From Squalus acanthias (Eukaryota), in assembly GCA_030390025.1 (NCBI GenBank), contig CM059432.1, positions 33,234,001 to 33,298,000 on the forward strand: a DNA stretch of 64,000 bases. The letters run 5' to 3'. The notes beneath the pieces were generated by a model. It did no database searches. It had not been told where the DNA came from and saw only the letters and a list, made by a program, of their open reading frames with translations. Both the position numbers and the translations under genes were made by a program. Shown one piece after another: positions 1 through 12,000 of the stretch. Position 1 is the stretch's first letter, and each line of letters starts with the position of its first letter.

Positions 1-1750
1 GACTTGATTAAGCTCTTGTAAGGGTTGCGTGTCTCAGACGGTGCTGGTGCAAGGTTAGGCCTTCGTTGCCTAATACTATTGCTTGCTCTGGTCTCCGGCC
101 AGCCTTATTGCAATAAGCACCTGTGAGTGGTTCGACCCACTCGCCCTTACGGTTCTAACACTGGACTTAGGTGCAGGGAGCAGTAATGCAGAGAAAACTC
201 AAATAGACCCGGTTGAATAGTACAAAATGGAAATCTTTATTGCATAGCGTCCAAAATCATGAAGTGCATGTCATAGGCGCAAATCAACGAGAGTACAAGT
301 ATACATACATTCATAAAGCTTGGTCTATGGAAATGAAGAACACATGGCACATCGTAAAAAGGGGAACACATTATACTTTAACCTTAATAAAACCACCCTC
401 CCTTAACAATACCTACACTACGTCTAGATTTGTAGGATCGGAAAACATGCTCACCACTCGTGTTACTTCGGAGAATTTTAAAGTGAGGCACTCAGCTCGT
501 TTCGCTGCAGCGCCTGACTGTCACGTGTTTGGAAGGGTCTCTGTACCCCACTTGTTTATTTTCGCTGCTATGACAAGCAGGCCAGACTCTGTTGTCATGA
601 AGAACTCGACGGACCTCGGACACAGTTCAAAGAAAAGTCTTCCTGTGCTCGATACAGGTTGTCGGTAGAATTCAATGAAAAGTTCTTTATTTATATTTTC
701 GGGCGCGGTCGGGGTTTACTGACCGTGGCGACACGTGGATTCTTCTCCTTTTCTTCTCGTCTCGTCTCGTCTCTTCGGGCCTCCGGGTCCAGACACCGTT
801 TACCGACACTCGGGATGGTGTACCCTGTTACTTGCCCTTGTCGGGGCGGCTCGTTCCGATTGAGCTCCCAACATTCGAATAACCGACCAGTACGGCTAAA
901 AGTCAAGAGTCAACAAAGTCCAGAGAAACACAAAGTCCAGCTCTAAGGAAGAGCTTCAGCAAGCGATCGAGCGAGTCAAGAGAATAAGAGCCAGCCGGGA
1001 GAATAAGAGACCGATGGACATTTGTTCACTATAGTTATAGTGCTGTGTCCGCTTATCTCCCGCTCAAATCTTAATGTTTGTCCTTTGTGTAATATTGGCG
1101 CTCAAAACTCCCAGCATGGGGCGATTCTTCTCTTTAACGGGTTTCGGTAGCACCTGAAACTGGCCAACTATCCGTTAATGTTTTCCCCATTGTTGACCCA
1201 GCCAGGATGTGTATGAATCGTCTCCCTGACTGGTTTTGGGGCCCCCCAAATACTGACTTAATCACCCGTCAATGTCTCTCTCATTGTAGAGCCGGGGGGG
1301 TATTTGTGTATTGATGTGTCTGGATGGGCCTTCGATTGCCCAGTACAATGGTCCTTGCTATGCATAGGAAAACCGATTCCAGCACTTATATCTTTGCTAT
1401 TGTTCCAAATGCAAACGGGTTGCATCCTGTCTTTATCAGTGTTTACCGAGTATGATCCAATCTTATACTGAATGTTTATTTGACACCATCTTGTCTGCCC
1501 ACTGTGTTTCTGGAAGCTTCTGCCACGATGCGCAGCGGCCATTTTACAGGCTTCTGTGTCCTTTATTATCAGGACAGCATTTCGTTTAATAAAACTGATC
1601 AAACGAATCTGCTTCTCTTAAGTTATTTCGAATCGCGATAATTGCGAAACTTTACACTCTTGGGAAGTCCAGCTGACTCATTTTTCAAGTTTTTGATGTT
1701 GAGAGAGACGGACAAATTTCCTGTCTGCACTTTGACATTAAAAACTTACA
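1..1750 (-). mobile_element. LTR-like element (ERV or Gypsy LTR) running off the left edge of the window
   Basis: CpG-rich block. On the minus strand it starts with TG at about 1750 (or 1737), has a TATA-like tataactata at about 1030-1039 followed by CTCTT-rich short repeats, AATAAA at 236-241 and a structured U5-like region. No gag/pol seen. Confidence 0.5.
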
Positions 1751-2929
1751 GTAGTTCAGAGCCACCAGTCAGCACAGCGCTGTGCACATGTGTAAGTAAA
1801 CACAAGTAGCACTCTTGTTGTTCCTGGTCAGAGAGTGATGAGTTGGCAGTGTTGTTTGGATCTGCTGACCAAGTGTTGCCCTGAGTAGGTTTCAGTCTCA
1901 AACCGGTATCTATAATATAAATGCATTGTTAGCCTGGTGTAATTCCGTGTTCTTCATAACCTGTACACGTAGGGCTAAATGTTGCAACAATAAAATCTGA
2001 CTGGATTAGTAATCCAGAGGCTGGACTCATCAACAGATGAGATGAATGACCACTTTTAGATCAAAATTCCTGCATGATGATTTCTGAGCATATTTGAGTG
2101 ACAGCAAATCAATCACCACAACAAATCTCTTGCCCTAATCATTTTTTCGTCTTTGTCAGCAAGTTTAATAAGGAAGTCTATGATCGTGTAATTGTAAAAT
2201 GGAAATGACTGTCTGATATTAGAGGATGAATGCTTAACTCGTTATTAAGTTCCTCTGCCTGCGACTTTAACTGAGGTTAACCTGTTCATTTAAAATAAAT
2301 TAATACCTCAGTTAAAATAGTGGACAGATGAATATCAAATGCATACACCATTATTGTACAATGATTTCCACCTTTTACTAAGTGCTCCTTAGAAGGGAAA
2401 AGCAACTTTAACTGTTTGTTTCTCAGTCTATCCTTGTTTTATGTTCCTTGGATCATTATTTAAAGAACTCCTTACCTCTCAGTCTATTCTTCATCCAACA
2501 GTCTACAGGCCTGTGAAACCCAAGCTTGGCGCCCCCTGACCACTACTGCCAAATTTATCTAACCTTCTCTTCTACACTTTTCAATCTTGGTGACATCCTG
2601 CACTGTAGGACTTGGACCTTTTAGCCAAAGTTAGAATCACAGAAGGAGTCCATTAGGCCCATCATGCCCGTGTAGGCTGTCTGAAAGAGCTATCGACTTA
2701 GCCCCATTCTCCTGCCTTCTCTCTGTGATCTTTTAAATATTTATTTGCTTCCATTGTAAAATCTCTTATGGATTCTGCTGCTGGAAGACCAGAACCAGGT
2801 TTGGTTTCTGGAGTAGAGATCAGACCAGTGGTATTTTACAGACAGTGATATCACAGTGTGGAGAGTATTTTAAAGAAGTTAAAAGTTCAGTTTAATTTTT
2901 TAGGGGTTTTCCCTCTCCGTCATTTCCAG

Positions 2930-3058
2930 AACCCAGAGACAAAACCCATCACGGATGCACTTGCGACCTTCATAGATCTGGACAAATGGATCCGACAGAC
3001 ATTGGATGTGGCATCTCTGACCAAGACCCTATGGAACTCTCTTGGAAGCAAGTTAACA
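2930..3058 (+). CDS. ALS2CL: ALS2CL exon (1st in window), end of DH-like region
   Basis: ttccag|NPETKPITDALATFIDLDKWIRQTLDVASLTKTLWNSLGSKLT|gtgagt; 129 nt, phase 0-0. Confidence 0.88.
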
Positions 3059-6000
3059 GTGAGTAGGAAGCACATTATACTCCATGCTCTTCTAGTTGTT
3101 ATTACCCCTTCCTTTTCTCCATTGTCTTAATTAAACCAGAAACCGTTAATTCATGCTACTTGAAATGGTTCTAATACTAATACCCAATTCAGAAGTAGGT
3201 GTCAGCCTTGGCTCACCTCTGGAATGAGGCTTGAACCCACAGTTCTAACTCAGACTTGATCACATAATCTAGGCTGACACAGTACTGAGGGAGTACTGCA
3301 CTGTCGGAGGTGCCATCTTACGAATGAGATGTTAAACCAAGGCCCCATCCTCCCTCTCAAGCGGATGTATAAGATCTCATGGCAAGAAGAGCAGGGGACT
3401 TCTCGTGGTGTTCTAGCCAACATTTCTCCTTCAACCAACACCTAAAAAACAGATGATCTTGTCATTTATTTCATTGCTGTGTGTGGGACCTTGCTGTGCG
3501 TGCAAATGACTGCTGTGTTTCCTACATTACAACGTTCCTTGATATATTTAAGAGTGGTAACCTGGTGTAGTTTATTAATACAGTTTAAAATGGGTTTATC
3601 ACAAAAAATAAGCTTTTATAATAAATATCTAGTCCACCACCTGTTAGTAACTTGATTTTAAATAACTGAAAATTACTTTAAAAACTATACAGAACCATTT
3701 GTTCGTTTCATTGGTGTACAGTGGTCAGTTTTAGTAAATGAAATATTTTTTAATATTTAAAAGCTTCTAAAAGATGCCCTTACACTTTAAACAAAAAGCT
3801 TTTTAAGAACCTCCTTGAAGGACCGCAGATGGGCGCATTTAGTGGAAGCCGTCATGCTGATTAATTCGAACTGGGCACGTGGCCAGTTTTGTGGGTGGGG
3901 CCAGCTTCCAGCGCAATGTCTTTTAAACCAGCGCAAAAGATCATGGAAATTCTATTTGCACTGAGCGTAACTTGTGCCCAAAATTCCTCTATCTTTTGCA
4001 CTGGTTTGGGCTATTCTGGGCGACTTGATACCAGCGCAACCTAGCGGAAGCTCTACCCCATGATGTTGCTAGCGTGGCTCTCGACTGATCCAAATGTATG
4101 AAAAACGACAGGTAAATACCAGCTGGCTCATACAGCATCTTCAATCTGGACGTGGTCCAGAGTATTTGCAACGTACATTTCCCCCACCTATTTTAGGAAC
4201 ATAAGAGCAGGAGTAGGTCATTTAGCCCCTCCAGCCTGTTCCACTATTCAATTAGATCATGGCTGATCTGTACCTCAACCCCATTTACCTGCCTTTGCTC
4301 CATATACCTTGATACCCTTACCTAACAAAAATCTATCGATCTCCGTCTTGAAAGCTTCAATTGACCCAGTGTTCACAGGCTTTTGGAGGAGAGTGTTCCA
4401 GATTTCTACTACCCTTTATGTCCTGATTTCCCTGCTAAATGGCCTGGCCATTATGCCCCCTTATTCTGGATTCCCTCACTAGAGAAATTAGTTAGTAATA
4501 TAGGAACAGGAGGCCATTCAGCCCCTCGAGCCTGTTCTGCCATTCAGTGAGATCATGGCTGATCTGTGACCTAACTCCAGATACTCGCCTTTGCCCCATA
4601 TCCCTTAATACCTTTGGTAAACAAAAATCTATCAATCTCAGATTTAAAATGAACAATTGATCTAGCATCAATTGCAGTTTGCGGAAGAGTGTTCCAAACT
4701 TCTACCACCCTTTGTGTGTAGAAGTGTATCCAAATTTCACTCCTGAAAGGTCTGGCTCTAATTTTTAGACTTGCCCCCTAGACCTAGACTCCCCAACCAG
4801 CAGAAATAGTTTCTCTCTATCTACCCTATCTGTTCCCTTAATATCTTGAAAACCCCTTAATCTTCTAAATTCCAGGGAATACAACCTTAATTTGTGTAAT
4901 CTTTCCTCATAATTTAACCCTTGGAGTCCAGGTATCATTCTGGTAAACCTACGCTGCACTCCCTCCAAGGCCAATATATCCTTCCTAAGGTGTGGTGCCC
5001 AGAACTGCTCACAGTACTTCGGGTGTGGTCTAACCAGGGTTTTGTATAGCTGCAGCATAACTTCTACCCCCTTGTATTCTAGTCCTCTAGATATAAAGGC
5101 CAGCATTCCATTAGCTTTTTTGATTATTTTCTGAAACCTGTTCATGACATTTTAATGATCTGTGTACCCGGACCCCCAAGTCTCTTTGGACCTCCACTGT
5201 TTTTAGTCTTTCACCATTTAGAAAGTACCCTATTCTATCTTTTTCAGGTCCAAAGTGGATGACCTCACATTTGCTTACATCGAAATTCATTTGCCACAGT
5301 TTTGCCCATTCACTTAATCTATCAATATCCCTTTGTAATTTTATGCTTTCATCTACACTGCCTACACTGTCGCCTATCTTTGTGTCATCAGCAAATTTGG
5401 ATATATGACTTTCTATGCCATCATGTAAGTCATTAATAAATACTGTGAATAGTTGAGGCCCCAACACAGGTCCCTGCGGGACACCACTAGTCACATCCTG
5501 CCAATTAGAGTACCTGCCCATTATCCCTACTGTCTGTCTTCTGCCACTCAGCCAATTTCATAACCAGGCCAATAATTTGCCTTCAACTGCATGGGCTTCA
5601 ACCTTTGTTAACAGTCTCTTGTGTGGGACTTTAATCAAATGCCTATAAATAACATCCGTAGACATTCCCCTGTCCACTACTTTAGTCACTTCTTCAAAAA
5701 ATTCAATCAGGTTTGTCAAGCATGACCTACCTTTCACAAATCCATGCTGGCTCTCTGACCAACTGAACATTTTCAAGGTATTCAGTCACCCTATCCTTAA
5801 TAATTATAGACTCCCAACAACAGATGTTAGGCTAACTGGTCTATAATTCCCTGGTTTCCCTCTCTTGCTATTCTTAAATAGCAGAGTGAAATGTGCAATT
5901 TTCCAATCTAAAGGGACGGTTCCTGAATTGAGAACTTTGGAAGATTATATATAGGACATCTGAAATGTTATCAACTACTTCCTTTAAAACCCTGGGATGG

Positions 6001-9000
6001 GGATTTGTCACTCTTCAGTGCCATTATTTTCTTCATTACTGTTATTTTGCTTACGATAATTTTATTGAGTCCCTGTCCCTGATTTCAATATTAGTTTCCT
6101 TGGGATTTCTGGCATGCTATCCTCTTCCCCTACTGTAAATATTGACGCAAAGTAATTATTCAACGTGTCCGCCATTTCCTTTTCATTGACAATATTACTG
6201 TTATCAGTTCTCAAGGGGCCAACATTGCTCCTGCCCACCTTTTTCCTAATATAATTGTAAAAATGTCTTTGTGTTGATTTTGATATCCCTTGCAAGTTTA
6301 TTTTATACTCCTTTTTTGTAGATCTTACTATCTGTTATTCTTTATCTACTCTATTGAATCCTATTATCATAAATACCTCAATTCGATCACCCCTCAATCT
6401 TCTATACTTAAGTTAATACAAGCTAAGTCTATGCAACCTGTACTCTTAATTTAACCCTTTAAGCCCTGGTATCTACTGGTGAATCAGCGCTGCACCCCAT
6501 CCAAGGCCAATATATGCTTTCTGAGATGCAGTGCCAAGAGCTGAACGCAGTACTCCAGCCTCCCTATTGTATTTCTACCCTCTTGAGATAAAAGCTGACA
6601 TTCCATTAGCCTTTTTGACTGCTGCTTTACCTCTATTAGTTTTTAGAGATTTATGTACATGAACACCTAAATCTCTTTGCTCCTCCAAAGTTTCAAGTTT
6701 CTCAGAAATTAGAAAGTACTCCAATTTGTCTTTCTTGGATCCAGAGTGGATGACCTCTCATTGAACTCTATTTGTCACAGATTTTCCACTCGCTTAATCT
6801 GTCTTTGTCCCTTTTTAACTGCTCCCATCTTCACCACTTACTGTGCCTCGTAACTTCGTGTCATCTGTAAACTTGAAAATACAATTCTCTTTCTTCATCC
6901 AAGTCATTAATAAATTGATATAGATGGGGAGCACTCTGCTGATGACCCAGGACAGATCCCTGGGGAACACCACTTCACATCCTATCAAAGGATATTCCCT
7001 GTATCTTTACTCTTTGTATCCTACCTCCCAACCAATTTCCAACCCATGTCACAATATTGCCTCCAATTCCATGCCCTTTCCTTTTTGCTAATCTGTTGTG
7101 TGGAAGCGCTCCCCAAACAGACTGGAAGCAATTACTGTAAATCTGGACCCCAAACGATAATATCGCTGGCCCTTCTTAGGAGATTGAAACCCCAAAGAGG
7201 ACTTACTTGACGTTCGTTGGGAACATTTTCTTAGCTGGGGAGCAGTGTGTTGTCCTCAGCATTTCGGATCAGGAACTACAGTGGTAAAATGAGCTAATCC
7301 CTATTCATTTGGATGGCATCCAAGGCTGGGGGCTGAAGCTTTGTTGCAGCTGCCACTTCCCATTCTCTATAATTAGCCTACTCTATCACTGCAACTTTCA
7401 AATAATGCAAATCTTTTTTTTAAAACTCCGGTGAGTTATTTTCTTTCTCTCTAATGCAAAGCAACGTTCCATTCCCTGGTCACAAGGTGACACATGAGCT
7501 GGTCACGGCCTGTGCTATTGGGAGAAACACAATCGAGTTAATGGGTCTTGGGGAAGTGTTTTCGGGGAAGGGGATTGGAGGAAGAGAAACTGGAAGGTGG
7601 CAAATAAGATTCTTTTGGTAATCACTGTCCCCCTTAATGACTAGGAGTTCTGCACCCCCAGCTTTCTCCCCAGAACTGAAATGAGGTCTCTTCAAATACA
7701 TGTCCAATCTTTTTGAAAGTTCCTATGGAATTTGATTCCACTACCCTTTCAGGTAGTGCGTTCCAGATCATAACAACCCTCTGCAAAATAATTTCTCCTA
7801 GTTTTCTCTCTAGTTCTTTTGCCAATTATTTTAAATCTTTGACCTCTGGTTATCAACATACTTGTCATGATGCGGAGATGCCGGTGTTGGACTGGGGTGG
7901 ACAAAATTGAGAGGTCGCACAACACCAGGTTATAGTCCAACAGTTTTATTTGAAATCACAAGCTTTCGGAGCTATCACTCCTTCCTCAGGTGAAGTAAAT
8001 TGGATACAGAATCGCCAGAGCATATATAGATGGAAAAAAAAGCATGTGTACTTTACAATTGCAGACCAATAAATTAAATCATCCTGACTATCTGCCGAGG
8101 TGTGATAAAGTTAATTAAGTCAGCCAGGAAGGTACCACATCAAAAGACATAGCAAGATACAACTGAGACAATGAGGTGTAGTCGCAGGGGTTCCAACGTG
8201 TCAAAAGCTGCCGTCTGTATGTAAAACGAAAAGCTTTAAAAAAAATTTACTTTTTTACTGGGAAAATTTTTACTTTTTTACTGGGAATCAAAAAAGTAAA
8301 TTTTTTTTAAAGCTTTTCGTTTTACATACAGACGGCAGCTTTTGACACGTTGGAACCCCTGCGACTACACCTCATTGTCTCAGTTGTATCTTGCTATGTC
8401 TTTTGATGTGGTACCTTCCTGGCTGACTTAATTAACTTTATCACACCTCGGCAGATAGTCAGGATGATTTAATTTATTGGTCTGCAATTGTAAAGTACAC
8501 ATGCTTTTTTTTCCATCTATATATGCTCTGGCGATTCTGTATCCAATTTACTTCACCTGAGGAAGGAGTGATAGCTCCGAAAGCTTGTGATTTCAAATAA
8601 AACTGTTGGACTATAACCTGGTGTTGTGCGACCTCTCAATTTTATCAACATACTTGCCAGAGGAAACAGTTTCTCGCTACTTGCTCTCTCAAAACCCCTC
8701 ATAATTTTGAATACCTCTTGGGTCTCTCCTTCGCCTTCTCAGCTCTAAGGAGAACAATCCCAGTTTCTCCAATCTCTCCATGTGATTCAAGTTCCTCATC
8801 AAAGTGTAGTTCCCAGAATTGTGCGCACAATACTCCAGCTGAGGCCTAACCAGTGACTTGTAAAGGATTAGCATGACTTCCTTGTTTTTGTATTCAATGC
8901 CCCTATTTACAAAGCAAAGTATCCCATATGCTTTCTTAAATGTCTTGCCAATTTCCCCTGCCACCTTCAAAGATTTGTGAATATGCACCCCCTGGTTCCT

Positions 9001-12000
9001 CTGCTCTTGCACCCGCTCAAAATAGTACCATTTAGATTATATTTATGTTGATTCTCCCAAAGTGCCTAATTTCCGAGTTATCCGCATTAAATTGCATCTG
9101 CCCATTTCACCAGTCTGTCTATGACCTCCTGAAGTCTGCTACTATCCTGCTCACTATTTACTATATTGCCAGGTTTTGTATCATCCACAAACTTCAAAAT
9201 TGTACTCCCTATACCCAAGTCCAGGTCATTTATATATAACAAGAAAAGCAATGGTCCTAATATAGACCCCTGGGGGACCCCGCTGTATATTTCTCTCCCA
9301 TCAGAAGAATATCCGTTCACCACTACTCTCTGCCTCCTATCTCTTAGCCAATTACGTACCCAAGCTACCACTGTCCCTTTAATCCCATGTGCTTCTATTT
9401 TCCGAATAAGTCTGTTATGTGTTACTTTACCAAATGCCTTTTATAAGTCCATATATGTAACATCTAATGCACTACCTACATTCATCAACCCTGTCTGTTA
9501 TTTCATCAAAGAACTCAATCTGGTTAATCAGACGATTTGCCTTTAACACATTTGTACTGGCTGTCCCTTATTAACCCATGCTTCTCCGAGTGAGAATTAA
9601 TTTTGTCCTTGACCTAGGTCTCTAGTAGTTACCCCCCTACAGACGTTGGACTGATTGGTCTGTAGTTACCAGGTTTAACCCTCTCCCCTTTTTTGAATAG
9701 GGGTGTAACATTTGCAGTCCTCTAGCACCACTCCCATATCCAAGGAAGATTGAAAGATTGTGGTCAGAGCTTCTATCTCCACCCTGGCTTCCCTTGGGAA
9801 CTTAGGATGCATTCTATCTGGACTGAGTGACTTGTTAACTTTGAGTGATGCCAACCTATTTAGCACATCCTTTCCATCTATTTTTATCCCATCCAGTATC
9901 TCTACTCCCCCCTCCTCTACTGTGATGCGGAGATGCCGGTGTTGGACTGGGGTGGACAAAAATGAGAAGTCGCACAACACCAGGTTATAGTCCAACAGTT
10001 TTATTTGAAATCACGAGCTTTCGGAGCGCTGCTTTACCTGATGAAGGAGCAGCGCTCCGAAAGCTCGTGATTTCAAATAAAACTGTTGGACTATAACCTG
10101 GTGTTGTGCGACTTCTCCTTTTTCTCCTCTACTGTGATATTAACTTCTTCCTGTTTTGTGAAGACAGATGCAAAGTACTCATTTTGACCCTCTGCCTTCA
10201 CAAGAAGAATTCCTTTTTTGTCCCTAATCAGCCCACCATTCCTTTTTAACTATCCTTTTAATTTTATGTTCGTAAAAGATTTTTGGGTTCCTTTTTATGT
10301 TACCCACTAATCTTTTCTCATACTCTCTCTTTGCCCTTTTGTATCCTTCTTCAATTCACCCCCGCACTCTCTGTATTCTGCCTGGTTTTCGACTATATTC
10401 TGTAGCTGACGTTTGTCATAAACCTCTTTTTTTTGGTTTTATTTTAACCTCTATTTCCTTTGTCATCCAGAGAGCTCTAGCATCATATAGGACCAAACTG
10501 CCTATTGAAGTCTTGTAAAATGTCTGTCTCTGGGGGGAAAATTCAATTCAATGCTAATTAATTGTTGAGCATCAGAAAGTTGCAGGAACTCATGCCAGAA
10601 ACGATATGAGTCAGTAGACAGATTCTGGCAAACTTGTCAGAGGCTCACAGATGCAGTACTCGGTGACCACAAGGTATTAAAACATCGTTTCCCCCTTTTT
10701 GATTTTACACAACCTTCCTATATTTGGACTTGTCAGTATGTCAAGACCCTGTTGATGTGTGTCATACTAATAGTTGGGCAAATTTTTTGGCAAGGAGTGA
10801 CATTTGAGTACTGTGAATTCTGCATTCACACTGCGTGGTGTGATTTGCTGCCCAAATTTTAATTTTCATACCCTGAGGGAACAAAACTGCTGGTCCCAGA
10901 GTGATTGGCAACAGATCACTTGCCCAAACTATACATCTACTATGCATGATACCATGCACTTCCCAATCTACTTATTCTCTAGCTTTACTTGCTGAAGTGT
11001 GCTATATTGTATAGGATCAACTTCCTTATCCATTGCCCCCGGAAACATCCATGCCCTGGGCACAATGGTCAGGAAAAATGGGGCTGACACCCATAACACC
11101 AGGTCTCTGCCCCCTTGACATCACCCGAGAATTTCTAGGTCTACCTGAGGAGGAGGGGAGGTGGGGGCAGGCCAAGCATGGTCTACACTGCAACAGGTGC
11201 AGGCCCGATGGTGACATGTTAATGAGTTGGGTGGGGGTGGATGCTTACAGCCCACCCATCTCATTTCCTGTTCTGTGGCCATGGGGCGTCCCACGCAGCT
11301 GCCTTTAATGGAGAACTCCCTCCCCTTGGACTGGAAACCCCCTTTTTTTCAATTTACCCATTTGATCTTCAGGAGTGTAATCAGACGATAATTGACACCG
11401 AGCCAAAGAAGGAGAAGTTAGGTGAGCTTGACCAAAAGCTTGGTCAAATAGGTAGGTGTTAAGCAGCATCTTGAAGGAGGAGAGAGTGGTGGTGAGGTGA
11501 AGAGGTTTGGGGAGGGATTTGAGAGCTTTGGGCCTAGGTGGCTGAATGCATGGGCACCAATGGTGGGGTGAAGAAAGTGGGAGATTGACGAGGCCAGATT
11601 TGGAGGAACACAGAGGTCTCGGAGGGCTGGAGGAGGTTACAAACATAGGAATGGGTGAAGTCATGGAGGGATTTAAATATGAGGAGAAATTTAAAATCGA
11701 GGCGTTTGTGGACTGGGAGCCTATGTAGATCCGTGAACACGAGTGATGGGTGAGCAGGAATTGGTACGGGTTAGGTTACGGGCAGCAGAGTTTTGGAAGA
11801 CCTCAAGTTGATGGAGGTTGAAAGATGGGAGGCCAGGCAGTGAAGCATTAGAATAATCGATTCTGGGGGTAACAAAAGGCATTGACTTAAAATGCTTCGA
11901 GTTATTTACCCACCTTGGAGCCACCAGGATCAGTGAAACATAACATAGAAACATAGAAGATAGGAGCAGGAGTAGGCCATTTGGCCCCTCTAGCCTGCTC

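Larger units (their letters stand above)
7865..8641 (-). mobile_element. Non-coding Penelope-type element: perfect inverted pseudo-LTR pair plus tail of about 37 nt
   Basis: 15-bp TSD ttatcaacatacttg (7850-7864, 8642-8656); arms 7903-8256 and 8290-8643; unpaired tail 7865-7902; hammerhead motif in each arm. Confidence 0.85.
7690..10478 (-). mobile_element. Decayed CR1 LINE ORF2 interrupted by two Penelope-type insertions
   Basis: ORFs 8689-9012, 9087-9371 and 9675-9995 encode CR1 RT pieces (SGVPQGSILGPLLF, LVRPQLEYC). Confidence 0.88.

Noticed and set aside
213..946. ORFs 213-668, 659-946 and 691-906 as genes
   Set aside because: No recognisable domain or retroviral motif; they lie within LTR-like sequence.
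1752..1791. Possible 40-nt exon (ttacag ... gtaagt)
   Set aside because: No similarity to the expected upstream ALS2CL peptide, weak pyrimidine tract, and the acceptor overlaps the LTR-like boundary.
7903..8643. Palindrome as an assembly fold-back artefact
   Set aside because: It is bounded by a TSD, the host CR1 resumes correctly, and an independent, diverged copy with the same architecture lies 1.3 kb away.
11140..11175. CTGAGGA as another hammerhead core
   Set aside because: No helix II or GAAA follows.
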